Below, one piece after another: positions 24,112 through 38,029 of a DNA stretch of 64,000 nt (its first letter is position 1; each line of letters opens with the position of its first letter). The position numbers and the translations under genes are program-made. Origin of the DNA: Octopus sinensis (Eukaryota); the NCBI RefSeq assembly GCF_006345805.1, contig NC_043003.1:23064001-23128000 (forward strand), read 5' to 3'. The notes under the pieces were generated by a model. It ran no database searches and was not told the DNA's origin. It saw nothing but the letters and a program-made list of their open reading frames with translations.

Positions 24112-24420
24112 CGTGTGAGTGGCATGACCTAGTGGCATGAGTGTTGCACTCGCGAACGTGTCATCGTGGGTTCGATTCCCGAACCGGGCGCTGCGTTGTG
24201 ATCTTGAGCAAAACTCTTCATCTCACGTTGCTCTTCGATCACTTTGACATCCAACGTGTTGTACACCGTGCTCCCGATTGGGTAATGTCAATTTGATAAA
24301 AGGAATGATCTAATTGTGTTGCACGAACATTTGATCACTATAAACAAAATGTTTGTTTGTAGGTCGCTCAGCAAGCAATCGCAGGACCTATTTAGTCGGG
24401 CCCGAGAAACTCCCATTAGC
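24112..24420 (+). mobile_element. tRNA-derived SINE (other family)
   Basis: ggcatgacctagtgg (A box), gggttcgattcccg (B box), gtgatcttgagcaaaactct. Confidence 0.7.
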
Positions 24421-24699
24421 ACATGACTTGTACTTTATTTTATTAATTGTCTAGTGATAAAAAGCAAAGTAGGGATTTCAACTGGAAACGTAAAATCGAT
24501 AGAAATACTGCATATTATTTTGCCAAAGCTGTAATCTATTTGTGTGCACATTTATTTAGCTGTTGCGCAGAGTGTACTTAGAAGTATGTTCTGTTGTAAT
24601 GAAAGTTTCAAAATTTACTGTTCAAGCAATTTTTATTTAATTAAATGATGCATATATAAAAGCCGTGAACATCACCCGTATCTATAATCCAGGGATATA

Positions 24700-26040
24700 A
24701 ATCTAAGGATTTGTAACTAATGAAAACTAATTATATATTACTGGAAGATTGGCTTGCTTGCTGAGTCTTCAATGCTGTTTCAAACGTATAATCTAATAGA
24801 TTCAGTTCATTTAATCTGATTAGTACTCTTGAAAAGATACGGACATCGCATTAATTTCATACCACTTGCAGTAATATTTACAAACCATTATGTTCACTGG
24901 AAAAGAAACTAATGTTTATTATGGTGATTTCGTTATGAACACAGGTGGTCAAAAATAAATACTTTCGTAGTCGGTATCGAATTTCAGTTTCAAATTCTCA
25001 ATTGGCGAATGAAAGTTTCAATTATATTGGTACAGATCGGAAATAAGGACGTCAAGATATCCATTTCTCATTTCTTCAAGCATATAAAGTACTTCTCACC
25101 AGATATAAAGACTACACTATTTTTAGAATTGTTACCGCGATGTGTGTGACCAAGGTAGTAAAACAGCAATGGCGGCTAACTGAATTAATTCTAATCCACC
25201 CGACGTCAAGATAACCCTACATTTATTTGGTATTTTTAATTGCTAATAATGTATTGAAGTCTATTCAATATGCACATCCTATAAAAAACGAATTATTCTG
25301 CGTAGTGGGAGACGTCCGTTATCTCCTTATCAATTCTAAAGTTCTATTACCTATTTTCATCTTCCCAAACCGATTTGTGCAGGATGAGTTTTCGCGGATC
25401 GCAAATATTTCAACGCAGCAGTAAAACACCGGCTGTGTATGTTATGGCTTCTTAGAAACCAAATGTCTGATGTCGCTGCTGTGCATAATTTGATTTTATT
25501 TGAAATTTATCTTTGATTAAGAAAATTATGGCCAGTAATAAAACAATAAAATCTGTTACAGTGAGATACCTATAATCTCGATTTTCTCAGAAACACAGTG
25601 GTGCTTCCATACAGTTCCTGACTGTCAAATCCAACGTGTACTCACACCTTTAAAAACATGTAATACTAGTGGTACATTCCAATAAAGACAGCAATTTGGT
25701 GCAGATAATAACAGACGTGATTTTGTTCTTTGGGACAGGAAAAGAAAGTCATGCACTGTTGTAGAGGTCACCTGTCGAGCGGATGTGAATGTGCCGTCAA
25801 AATTTCAGGATAAAGGGAATATTTATGGTGAATTAATGCGAAATTTAGAGTTCTTGTATCCTGACTATATATGCTCATTTGTACCTATCACTAAAGTTGC
25901 ATTTGGGCTATGTACCTCCAAATGTACACAAAATCCTACTAGGTTTTTCGAAGGAGTAAAATGACTGACGTGGATTCTCCAAATCCATTCTATTAGCGGC
26001 ACAGTGGAAATTTGTAAGGCATTCTAAAGATTCTGTCTGC
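24700..26040 (+). mobile_element. Decayed R4/Dong-like (RLE) non-LTR retrotransposon, 3' portion
   Basis: From 25707 the frame reads NNRRDFVLWDRKRKSCTVVEVTCRADVNVPSKFQDKGNIYGELMRNLEFLYPDY..FVPI, and later SISGTVEICKAF. This matches the PD-(D/E)xK restriction-like endonuclease of R4-clade elements. Upstream WYIPIKTAI and SLQCCFKRII fit. Confidence 0.8.
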
Positions 26041-26599
26041 ATCTGTGATTCTTCAGATGAATAAATGTACACAGTTAGGTGTGAGCATCGAGAGCGTAAC
26101 CAACATACTAAAGCAACCACATATTTAAAAAACAAAAGGAACTTTCTTAACTCAAAATTTTTTGTCGTTCTTTCAGCGACCGGCTTGAACTCTCTTAAGA
26201 ACTTTAAAAAGACTCAAAGAGAAAAAAACATACATACATACATACATGCATGCATACAGACAACGAATGCATTTGTTATAAAAGAATGAGTGTGCATCAG
26301 TGGATGCAAATGAAGTTGCAGGTGTGTTACTTCGGAGTGTTCTTTCCCATAGAAATATGTCTGAATAAAGACTAGCGATGATTCACTTCCAGCTGTTGGG
26401 TGGCCGTTGAAGCTATTGAGTGTTTATCTGTCTTTTGACAAATTTGTTTTTCTTCTTGCAGAGTGTCCAACAATCTCCTTGCCCAGCAGGCTGGTTAGGG
26501 TTACCGGTTTAATAGCCGACAGACCGACCATTTGACAAGGAGAATTGGGTTACATGATACCAGTAGCACTAAAATTGACCTGATACTCGAATATATATA

Positions 26600-26818
26600 T
26601 GCGAGGGGGTGCTGAAGAGGTACTGGCTTTAAGGGTGTCGTGACAGGCTTGGTTGGAGGCCCAACGTTCCGATTTCATTAATAGGGCTTAGAAAAAGTGA
26701 AGGACCGCCACAATAAGTTTGAGAATCTGAGGAATTATGTTGAATAAAATCATAATTAACTTATCCTCCTGTATTTTGCTTTCACCCAATGCCAGGAACT
26801 TTTCAGTACCACTTCGTA
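26600..26818 (+). mobile_element. mariner-derived MITE (homologue of 7912-8131)
   Basis: Termini tgcgaggggg..cttcgta; interior aaggcttggttggag..gaaggacc..gaataaaatcataattaac. Confidence 0.7.
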
Positions 26819-26847
26819 TGCGGACAATATATTTGTTCATCTTATAT

Positions 26848-27081
26848 ATATTTCTTTACTACCCACAAGGGGCTAAACACAGAGGGGATAAACAAGGACA
26901 AACAAACGGATTGAGTCGATTACATCGACGCTAGTGCGTAACTGGTACTTAATTTATCGACCCCCGAAAGGATGAAAGGCAAAGTCGACCTCGGCGGAAT
27001 TTGAACTCAGAATATAATGCCAGACAAAATACGGCTACGCATTTCGCTCGGCGTGCTAACGTTTCTGCCAGCTCGCCACCT
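26848..27081 (-). mobile_element. SINE family B monomer with a 20-bp TSD
   Basis: Flanked by tatatttgttcatcttatat (26828-26847) and tatgtttgttcatcttatat (27082-27101). Confidence 0.92.
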
Positions 27082-28399
27082 TATGTTTGTTCATCTTATA
27101 TTACAATATCTGTGTATGCCAATGTATTTCGCGTGTCTTTGTTGATGGTTAATAATTCGAGTTAATGTCAACCTGTGTTCTTTTATGCCAAATGTATAAC
27201 TTCTTTAGTGGACAAATGCAGAACACTAATGGCAGGAGATAATTGTTGCCAATTTCTCAAATATGGAGGATGTAAAACCCTGTTTTCATTTTCTTTTTAT
27301 TTTATTTCCCTCGTGAGATCTTTATCCAGAAGAAGGTACGTACTCACAATACAACATATCCTTACCTCTGTTGCGATTTCACAGTACTCTTCCTATCGCT
27401 GACTTTAAAATCTGATACATACTTCTGTGCTGCAACAAAGAAACGTTTATTTCTATCAACTGCGCTTTCATTGAAAAACGAAGTAGCTAATTTTGAATTA
27501 CACTATAAACTAATTTGCAGTTTATTTATCCTGTGATGGGTGTGGCTATGTGTTTTTTGCATTACGGCAAATGTACTAATTTATCACAGTGTTGAAAACA
27601 ATGTGATCCATTGACAACAAAATCGAAAAAAAAAATAACTGAAATTTAGCATGAAAAAGTAATTAATCATAAGATGAAAGTAGTGAGGGAATATATTTTA
27701 AATATCTAAACTCGTACTAATTGAAATCTCATTTAAATATTGAATTTGACATATCTGCAGTCTCGCCAAACCATAAGCCTAAAGACTTATATTCAATAAA
27801 AATGAGGGGAGATGTGGTGACGCTGGAGGTAGGGTTTGTGAGGAGAATAATGTTGAATGTTGATTAATGTCTTACTAACGAAGCGCAACAAGTGAAGAAA
27901 TGAATTGCTTCGGGGTAAATAATTAGTAAATGTGTGCTGCATTAAATATCTCAATAAAATGAAAATTACAACGCAATCTATAATGTTTGTGGTAGTGTAA
28001 TGGTTAGGATAATAGACTCACATAGTTTTTATTTGAGTTAATTATTATTTGTGTTCATGGTGATAGCGGTATTGATGCGAAGCTAGAAATGTTGGTATTT
28101 ATATGAATAGTTGCATTGTGGTATAGATTAGAGCAATGTAGTTCACTCTAGTTTTGGTGGGTATATGATCGGTTTTTAATTCTAGATTTGGTGGTGGTAC
28201 ATTTAGTGTAGCAAATTTAGTGGCCTGCAAATTTGAGGTGAAGAGGAGCGGTGGTAAACCGATTACATCGATCCCAGTACTTGACTAGTAGATATCTTAT
28301 CGAGCCAGTAAGAATGAATGATAATGTCGACCACGGCAGAATTTGATTTTGGAATTTAAACAGACTTTTTCCCATGCCAGAGTAATTACTTTTCATATA

Positions 28400-28775
28400 G
28401 GCGTAGAGGTGGCTGTGTGGTAAGTAGCTGGCTTATGAACCACATGGTTCCGGGTTCAGTCCCACTGCGTAGCACCTTGGGTAAGTGTCTTCTACTATAG
28501 CGTCGGGCCGACCAAAGACTTGTGAGTGGATCTTGTAGACGAAAACTGAAAGAAGTCCGTCGTATATATGTATATATATGTACGTGTGTGTGTATATGTT
28601 TGTGTGTCTGTGTTTGTCCCCCCAACATCGCTTGAAAACCGATACTGGTGTGTTTATGTCCCCATAACTTAGCGGTTCGGCAAAAATAGACCGATAGAAT
28701 AAGCACTAGGCTTACAAAGAATAAGTCCTGGGGTCCATTTGCTCGACTAAAGGCGGTGCTCCAGCATGGCCACAG
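28400..28775 (+). mobile_element. SINE family A
   Basis: Same head, internal microsatellite and ggcggtgctccagcatggcc end. Confidence 0.9.
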
Positions 28776-28929
28776 AAAGAAAGAAAGGGTAAAAAAAAAG
28801 AGTGGTTAGGCTAGTGTATTTAACCCTGTTTATTGTGTAATAAAGTGAGAGTAGTCATTATTGGTTTTAGTGATAGTACGACTGATGGTGGTAAGATTAG
28901 TGTAGTATTTTTATACTTATTTTATTTGC

Positions 28930-29258
28930 GTGAAGGCGCATGGCTCAGTGGTTAGAGCGTCGATCTTATGATCGTGAATTCGAATCCCGGACCGGGCTGC
29001 GTGTTGTGTTCTTGAACAAGACACTTTATTTCACGATGCTCCAGTTCACTCAGCTGTAGAAATGAGTTGCGACGTCACAGGTATCAGGCTGTATCAACCC
29101 CTTTGCTTTTCCCTTGGATCACACTGGTGGCGTGGAGAGGGGTGGCTGGTATGCATGGGCAACTGCTGGTCTTCCATAAACAACCTTGCCCGGACTTGTG
29201 CCTGGGAGGGTAACTTTCTAGGGGCAATCTCAGGTCAGTCATGACCGAAGGGGGTCTC
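28930..29258 (+). mobile_element. tRNA-derived SINE with a 3' tail shared with 30182-30686
   Basis: ggcgcatggctcagtggttagagc head, gtgttcttgaacaagacactttatttcac core, tail ccataaacaaccttgccc.gacttgtgc...tcatgaccgaagggggtc. Confidence 0.85.
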
Positions 29259-30181
29259 AACTCAATTTTATCTGCAGGAAGGGGTAGTGCACATAGCCTT
29301 CCCAAGCCCTCCTAGTCCCGGAAGATTGATACTATAAATATTCGTATTAAATCTATGTCAACACTTACAGGAAATACCTAAGCACGGAAGGAATTCTATA
29401 GTGCCGTCGTCCTGGGGAACGAAACATCTTGGCATAGCGATTAGTCCGGGCTAACGTGGTAATTGGCCACAACAGCTATCAGAAGCGGAAGACGGGCGAA
29501 TAGAATGGAAATGCCTGAGTGGAGTATTATGAGCCCAGCGAGTCAAACAGCCTGCTCTGAGTAGCAGAGACCGTTTCAATAACAGTAAGAAAGATACTAA
29601 TTTTCATGGTCGTTAGTTTTATATTCGTAATTTTACTGCAGTGAGCAATGAAATAGGTATTGGTTTAGCAAAACTTTATCTAAATAACTAATGATATTAA
29701 TAAAAAAACTAGAGTAGGCGAACCTGAATTTTTAATTAATTGAATTGAATAAAAACTGGAATTGCTTGTGGAAGTGAATCCAGAGTAAACTGATATGTTT
29801 CGATCTTATTATACCCCCTCAGCGAATCAGAGTGTAACCGTAATTGCTAGGTCTTTGTGAAATTAGAGACACTGTAATTCTTCTTCAACGAAAACTGTAG
29901 AGTGTAATAAATTTATAAATGACACAGGAAAGTTGTCTAGAGATGACTGCTGTATAAGATCTTACATTTAAACTGGAGGCTAAAAATATATGACGGGATA
30001 AACCAAGATATTTTAACTAGAAATTCTTCTTTAATGATAACGATCATTATCCAAACAAATTATTGTGATAAGCAAAGATTAATGGTGGATAACAAAGATA
30101 ATTTTAATTAAATGAAAGTAGTTAATATTTAAAGTAGGGAGTGCACATAATCTTTGACAGCACGGTAACAATGTAATAGTT

Positions 30182-30686
30182 GTGGAGGCGCAATAGCCTA
30201 GTGGTTAGGGCAGCGGACTCGCTGTCGTAGGATCGCGGTTTCAATTCCCAGACCGGGCATTGTGAGTGTTTATTGTGCAAAAACATCTAAAGCTTCACGA
30301 GGTTCCGGCAGGGGGTGGTGGTGAACCCTGCTGTACTCTTTCACCACAAATTTCTCTCACTCTTTCTTCCTCTTTCTGTTGTACCTGTATTTCAAAGGGC
30401 CAGCCTTGTCACTCTGTGTCATGCTGAATCTCCCCAAGAACTACATTTAGGGTACACGTGTCTGTGGAGTGCTCAGCCACTTGCACGTTAATAAATGAGC
30501 TGCAACATCACTGGTGCCAAGATATCGGCCTTTGCCTTTCCCTTGGATAACATCGGTGACGCAGAGAGGGTAGGCTAGTATGCCTGGGCGACCGCTGGTC
30601 TCCCATAAACAACCTTGCCCAGACTTGTGCTTCGGAGAGTAACTTTCTAGGTGCAATCCCATGGTCATTCATGACCGAAGGGGGTC
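30182..30686 (+). mobile_element. SINE family C, tail type 3
   Basis: Family C head and centre followed by the tail seen at 29150-29258. Confidence 0.85.
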
Positions 30687-30744
30687 ACAATGTTATAGTT
30701 AGTAGTGTAGTTTTGGCAGTAATAAAGTATAGTAAAGTTGGTGT

Positions 30745-31090
30745 TTAAATCAGAAGTTTTGGTTGGAAGATTTTGGTTGGAAGTACAGCCGATAGTGTTG
30801 AAGATGCTGTAAAAATAGTTTCGATGGAAGTATAGCTTGATAGTGGTGAGGCTTGATTTTAAAAAATGGCAGTCGTGTTTGTAGTAACCTTGTAATATTC
30901 AATTCGGTAAAAATTATAGTTTTGGTTGTAGCAGAATTGATAGTTGTGGGGTTGGTGTAAAAATAGTTTTGGTTGAAGTATAGTCGATAGTGATGATGTT
31001 GGCTTAGAAAATAATAGTTTTGATTGAAGAGCAGTTGATATTTGCGACCTTGGTGTAGAAAATACGAGTTGTAACTTTGGTTGTTGCTGC
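30745..31090. repeat. Degenerate minisatellite, about 45-50-bp unit
   Basis: Recurring gtaaaaatagttttggttgaagtatagtcgatagtg; explains ORF 30750-31196. Confidence 0.7.
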
Positions 31091-32282
31091 TGTTAAAGTG
31101 GAGAATCGGCCGAGTCATTAGTGTTTCGAAGGAATGCTTGCTGTGTTTGTTCCTACTGTTTGATATATTAAGTTCAAATCCAGCCGAAGTCACCAACGCG
31201 CTTCATAACTTGCGGGTTGATAAATAAAATACCACTCAAAAGCAGTTAACTGGCAGAAGTGTTTGGAACATCAAACATGAAGCCTGGCGACAGGTGTTTA
31301 TTTTGTCTTTTTGCACTGTATTAAAATTCTGTCTTCTATTACCAGGCTTCCAATTGTTGTGCAAAACAAGCGACTCGTCTAAAATTGATATGTCCTCTAT
31401 GGTCAGCCGGCATAACGCTTCGATTGGAATTTCCTCAATGTAACAGTCTCAGCACTATGATCAGCGGCACCTGCATAAAGAGAGAGAAACCCTAGGAAAG
31501 AAAGACAAAAGAAAACATTCCAAAAACAAAGAGCTGAAGTTGCTGTTGGTAAAAGCAAAAGCATTTCTAGCAGTGGTGAAGTTTCTCGTGTCAGTGTATT
31601 TAATGGTCGTTTAGTTGGTGTATATAGCTATGTTGAACGCAGTTGCAGTGGTATTTAGCTTGGAAGTCGATCTTAATAAGATTTATTTTCATTCTCACAA
31701 GACGTCAGTTGAATGGAAGTAAGTCTTAATCTCTTTTAAGTAGAGATGGTCTCTTAGAAATTGACAGCTGTCTGTTGGTCGTGATGGCTCTCTTACAAAC
31801 TACTACGACTCTTGTTGTTGCTCTGATTGTTGTTGCTGCTGCTTCTTACATCGCCGTTGTCGAACTTTCTCTTAATAGCAAAATACAGCTTGTTACTTTT
31901 GCAATTGTTGTTGTTGTTAGTGATGTAAGGTATTTAGCTACTGTTGTTGCTACTGTTGTCACAGCATTCAAATGCTGTGGTTTGCTAATACTATTACTAC
32001 TGCCTCTAATTATATCTAATTATATCTATTTTTGTTGCAATCATAATTTTCCGCCGCAAACGTCGTTGTCAATATATACTATAAATGTTGTCGATAATCT
32101 ATGACATTAGCAAGTTTTTACTGATGTCGCGATACTGATTCCCTGTCTTGGAATCGATCCACCTACCGCGAGTCCGCTGCCCTAACCACTGGGCCCTTGA
32201 CCCTCCACACAACACCATGTAGATAATTGTACTTATTGTGGTTACAGTTCTGATTTTCTGTCGCGCACTGCTACAACACCAT

Positions 32283-32591
32283 GTTTTATTTATTTATGCG
32301 CCCTTCTCAAGCCGAGCCAGGCTCATGGGCCCGTTTTCCCGGTTTCTCTGACATATGTGTTCCCTCCCAGCTAGACGGGACGCCAGTCCATCGCAGCGTT
32401 ACTCAAGAAACAGGAAGAAAGAGTTGGGGCGAAAGAGTACAACAGGGGTCGCCACCACCCCCTGCCGGAGCACGTGGACTTTTTATGTATTTTTGCTCAA
32501 TAAACACGCACAAAGCCAGGTCTGGGAATCGAAACCGCGATCCTCCGACCGCGAGTCCGCTGCCCTAAACAATGGGCCATTGCGCCTCCAC
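32283..32591 (-). mobile_element. SINE family C, tail type 4 (extra head fragment at 32145-32208)
   Basis: Family C head. The tail ends ggcttgagaagggcgcataaataaataaa on the minus strand. Confidence 0.85.
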
Positions 32592-33153
32592 ACAACACAG
32601 TGTGACTAATTATAAATATTTTGGTTGCAGTTCTGATTTTCTATTGCTGATGCTTGCTACTATAGTTGTGGGTCACTTTTTCGACAGTCATAGATCTTTA
32701 TTGATCCTGCAAACAGTTGCTGCCTAAGTCTGTTGACGTATCTCTCACAAAATGTGCTACTACTCTTGCTCAGCCTCGGTGCTTGTTGCGTTTTCTTTTT
32801 CCTCTGTTGTCGCTACTATCGTTACTACCGCAACGTTGCCCTTACTCCTCTTCCTGTTTTTACTGTTGTTGTTGTTAAGCAACAAGACGGGTAAGGGTGA
32901 TTAGGTGATGGTCTAGGGCTTAGGGGCGGGAGACTCCAGACCTTGAAAGAAAAAAAAATTGGTCGTCTTGTTGTAGTCAAGGGCTCTTCGTTGACGCCCG
33001 ACACCACTGGGAGATGGCCCCCGAAGTCGCAGAATATGGAGATATTCAGGTCCAAATTCTTGAACGGCGTTCTTACTATGGATACTTGTGTCGTTATTGT
33101 TCTTACTTTCGATGTTGTAGTTAATACTGTTGTTGTTTTGACTGATCTAGTAG

Positions 33154-33758
33154 CTTCTTCTTCTTCTTCTTCTTCTTCTTCTTCTTCTTCTTCTCTTCTT
33201 CTTCTTCTTCCTTCTTCTTCTTCTTCTTCTTCTTCTTCTTCTTCTTCTTCTTCTTCTTCTTCTTCTTCTTCTTCTTCTTCTTCCAATCAGGTCTCACGCC
33301 ATTAGCCACAAAGAATAATCTCTAATTCGAGCCTACTCTAAGCTACTAAGAATGCGTGTGGCAACTTGAAGATCCACTCACCACACACGATAGACTGGCT
33401 GTTGCACGGGCGCGAAAGCTACGTTGTTATCCACATTCCGTAAACGGTGACTTTTAACGGGTGGAGAGCTGAACCATCCTGGGGTACAGAGGATTCGCAA
33501 TCTAGACTAGGGTTTGAAAGTTTTCCCCACCATAGTTGGTTACACCATGGTTCCTCTGCTTTGTGGCAGAAGTAGGGAGAAAGAGTGAGAGAAAGTTGTG
33601 AAAGAGTAGAGTTGGGTTAACCACTACTCCACCGGAGGAGCCTCGTGGAGCTTATGTGTTTTTGCTCAATAAACACTCACAATGTCCGGTCTGGGAATCG
33701 AAACTGCGTTCTTCGACCGCGAGACCGCTGCCCTGACCACTGATCATTGCACCTCCAC
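33154..33758 (-). mobile_element. SINE family C, tail type 2, with a long (GAA)n tail
   Basis: Closely matches 12701-13178. (TTC)n at 33154-33283 explains the poly-E/K/S ORFs. Confidence 0.9.
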
Positions 33759-34533
33759 AGTAGCTGCTGTTGTCCTTACTGTTGCTGTTACTGCTTCAGC
33801 AACTGCAACAGTTGTACTAGCAGTTGTTGTTTAATAACTGTTCCACCTTCATCCTGTAGACCTGTAATCGTTAATTATCCATTCATAACACAGAATTATA
33901 TTTTAGTGTTGCTTTAGAAACAGTACACCTAAGATCACATCCATTGTCTTCCGTCTTTTAGGACACTATTTGTGTAAATGTCTTCAACCATTGAACCACG
34001 GTACTCTAGCGTGCTCTGATTTCTCGACGCAAACAATAGAATGCTTTGATATTTAAAGAAATGTGGCGCTTTATTTTTAAAATGGCAGGGTATCTTTAAC
34101 CTAAGCTCAGTTATGATCAAACAAAGATATAATAAGGATCAGCCCTGACATCAATAAACAGTCTTTCATTCAAACAATGTATTTAATAACTTATTATCTA
34201 ATGCTTCTCATATTTTCTAAAGATACGCAGTACAAATTAACGAAGATGTGGCTATTATTTCGAGAACATTAAGCGATATTTTAACATAATGTATAAACAC
34301 GGACACTTTCTCTCTAGATTCAAATTGTCAAGGAAACATTGTTTAACGTAGATGACAATATCGAGTTATATTCACACTGGGAATCTAGTGCGAATCATTC
34401 CAACAGCAGGGAGTCGGATAAAGGTAACCAACGACCATGCAGTGCGTTTAAACAGGGTCACGAATTGAGTGTATCACACTGATACAATGTTCCCGTAATT
34501 TACTAAGGTCAATTTCAATTATTATTTGTTCTA

Positions 34534-34696
34534 GGTGCAGGAGTGGCTGTGTGGTAACTAGCTTGCTTACCAACCACATAGTTTCGGCTTCAGTTCCACT
34601 GCATGGCACGTTGGGCAAGTGTTTTCCACTGATAGCCTCGAGCTGACCAAAGCCTTGTGAGTGGATTTGGTAGACGGAAACTGAAAGAAACCCGTC

Positions 34697-34742
<46 letters not shown>

Positions 34743-35000
34743 ATATATATATATGTGTGTGTGTGTGTGGTGTGTGTGTGTGTGTGTGTGTGTGTTGTGT
34801 GTGTGTGTGTGTGTATGTTTGTGTGTCTGTGTTTGTCCCCCTAGCATTGCTTGACAACCGATGCTGGTGTGTTTATGTCCCTGTAACTTAGCGGTTCGGC
34901 GAAAGAGACCGATAGAATAAGTACTGGGCTTACAAAGAATAAGTCCCGGGGTCGATTTGCCGCAGTCAAATGACTGAAACAAGTAAAAGAGTAAAAGAGT
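34534..35000 (+). mobile_element. SINE family A
   Basis: Head ggtgcaggagtggctgtgtggtaa; expanded internal (TA)(TG); end cagtcaaatgactgaaacaagtaaaaga. Confidence 0.9.
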
Positions 35001-35834
35001 AGTGCCGCATGAATTGGTATAAAGGGTTTTATTGTTGTGGCCGTTCGTGGTGGTGATGTGGTGCTGGCCCTGGTGACAGTGGTGGTTTTGTTAGTGGTGT
35101 GTACGCAGACGTGTGGATCAAATTATACATTGTGTCTCGTCCGTATTTAAAACGGAGCCTTTTGATTTAAGGGGGATTTGGCTGCTATTTCTAGAACAGC
35201 ACATGACCTCGTAGATGTTTCCTCACTGGATCGTTTCCATTATATTATCCCATGCTTTCGCTGTAGCTGTAGTCTTTGTATTTTAAAATATTAACCATTA
35301 TTACATACTGTATGTGACTATTAATGGTGCGCTGTATATTACATATCGTTATTATTGAGACAGTATTGATATAAAATTTCTAATATTTATTGCAACTACT
35401 TCAACAGTTGTTCGGCAACATTTTATAGTTCTGAGTCGTGTCTCAGATGGCGAAACGTATAAGAATGTCCAGTTAATAGTCAAACTGTTGAAGATTCTCA
35501 TTCACTAGCCCATACCATTCAACTGTTTATTTATCTAAGCAACAAATCTCTCGTTGAGAACAACGTTTCACCAATAGAACGACACACACAGTATATTGTT
35601 AACAGTAGCAAGCAGATGGAAAATAGTCACTATGGTGTTTGCATATCTTTCTAAAGTATGAAGGCAGAGTAGTGTATAATTAACCAATTACTGGCTGAAT
35701 TGATAAATTTAATCGGCTTATGGAGTTGTAAAATGTAATAGGTATTTCTCTATACGAACTTATACTTCTCTGAACATTATTCAGCTACATTTGGGAATCA
35801 TACAATGCCTCGTGGAAGCTTCTATGATTAACTC

Positions 35835-36046
35835 TCTCTTTTTACTCTTTTACTTGTTTCAGTCATTTGACTGTGGCCATGCTGGAGCACCGCATTTAGT
35901 CGAACAAATCGACCCCAGAGCTTATTCTTTGTTTGCCTAGTACTTATTCTATCGGTCTCTTTTGCTGAACCGCTAAGTTACGGGGACGTAAACACACCAA
36001 CATCTGTTGTCAAGTGATTTGGGGGCGACAAACACAGACACACAAA

Positions 36047-36138
<92 letters not shown>

Positions 36139-36303
36139 TACGACGGGCTTCTTTCAGTTTCCACCTACCAAATCCACTCACAAGGCTTTGGTCGGCCCGA
36201 GGCTATAGTAGAAAACACTTGCCCAAGGTGCCACGCAGTGGGACCGAACCCGGAACCATGTGGTTCGTAAGCAAGCTACTTACCACAGAGCCACTCCTAC
36301 GTC
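35835..36303 (-). mobile_element. SINE family A
   Basis: Reverse complement of the family A consensus, complete. Confidence 0.9.
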
Positions 36304-37079
36304 TATAATAGTTTGGTAATAATTCGTTGAGAATTTTGGCTAAATATATACAACTCTAGCTGAAATATCGGATCAGGAGAAAGCTTCGTGGTTGAAATAG
36401 TTTCAAAGCTGCATTTAAGTACTGGAATACAAAATTCACTTCTAATCTTGCTGATGCACCGAAATGAGCTGCAATTCGGCAGTTAAGGCTTGCAGTACAG
36501 ATGCGCATTTATTGATTTCTGATTATTTATGAAACTGAATTTAAATTCACTGTCGAATAAAATTGCACTAGTAATGCCCGCATGCGAGGGATAAATAAAT
36601 TGCAACGTCTGTATATAAGTTTCATTTTACCGAGTCTTGCTAGAAGCTTAGCTTAATTTTAACCGTTGAGTAAGGAAGTATTTTTAGCATCCTATTTTAC
36701 TGCGTAGTTCAGACGAATATTTCTTATAAGTGATTTAATGTATCCCTTATACATAAAACATTGCTTCTTCTAATTCTGTGGTGATATTTTTGGACACTCC
36801 ATTATCACAGAGGAACGGAAAGACACACAAAATAAGACATCAATATTAATTTTTATATGTCAACTGCAAGTCTATTTCTCATGAAAACAACATTAAAATT
36901 TTGTGAAGTGTGAAGTGTACTTAATATATGTCCGCGTGATTTGTTTAAGTCCATTTGTAAATATTGACTTATACATTTGTGTATGACACACGTATGCAAA
37001 CACACGCTAACTTATATGTATTGTAAAAATATATGATGTTTTTGATTGAATGAGTTTCTGTGTGCGCGTCAGTGTGAAT

Positions 37080-37139
37080 ATGCATGTATGTGTAGTGTGG
37101 TGTGTGTGTCTGTGTGTGTCTGTGTGTTCATATATGTAT

Positions 37140-37170
<31 letters not shown>

Positions 37171-37171
37171 G

Positions 37172-37249
<78 letters not shown>

Positions 37250-37476
37250 AGCGTGCGTCTGTATCTAAATAAATGATTAAGTCGAATTTAATGCTCTGAA
37301 TTAATGGTTACTTAGCAGACATTTAATTTCTTTAAAAAATCTACAAAAATATTCAGAAAAGTTCATTCACGGGAATATACATACGCGTATATGTGTGCGT
37401 ATTCATACATACATAAATACATACGTACATGCATGCATACATACATACATACATACATACATACATACATACATAA

Positions 37477-37507
<31 letters not shown>

Positions 37508-37680
37508 CACATATACATACGCATATTTGTGCACATCTATATATCTATCTATGTATCTATCCAACAACTTACACACCTCTCTACATATATATACACGCAC
37601 TCACAAGAACACACGCATGCACATACACACACACACACACACACACAAACTCTCTTTCACACACATACACTTATATATGT
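37080..37680. repeat. Compound (TG)/(TA)/(ATAC)/(CA) microsatellites
   Basis: Direct tandem runs; these explain the ORFs in this region. Confidence 0.9.
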
Positions 37681-37991
37681 GTTAAATGATGTATATGTGA
37701 GATTCAATGCCCACTCAAGTGTGTTGCTGTGTCTGAAGCACATGAAGGAATGTAATCTGTTGAGTAGTTCATTAAATTTATAAAACGTAAATCACCAGTA
37801 TCAACAAGAGATCTGCTAGTCATCTCTCCACACGCAAACACATCAACACTTATATATACATACATATATATATATGTGTGTGTGTGTTGAGATGTTCGCA
37901 GGCGACATGAAAGAGCAAAGTTACTGTAATATCAGACTAATGTTTATGATGAAAGATGGGATGGATGCATAGGAGCACAATAAATGTATAT

Positions 37992-38029
<38 letters not shown>

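Noticed and set aside
10860-31090. Regularly spaced short repeats resembling CRISPR arrays
   Set aside because: The units are degenerate and contiguous with no unique spacers or cas genes, and the context is eukaryotic.
35425-35470. ctga-gtc...ggc-gaaa-cg-ta as a hammerhead
   Set aside because: It needs a 3-nt deletion in the core and has no convincing stem I.
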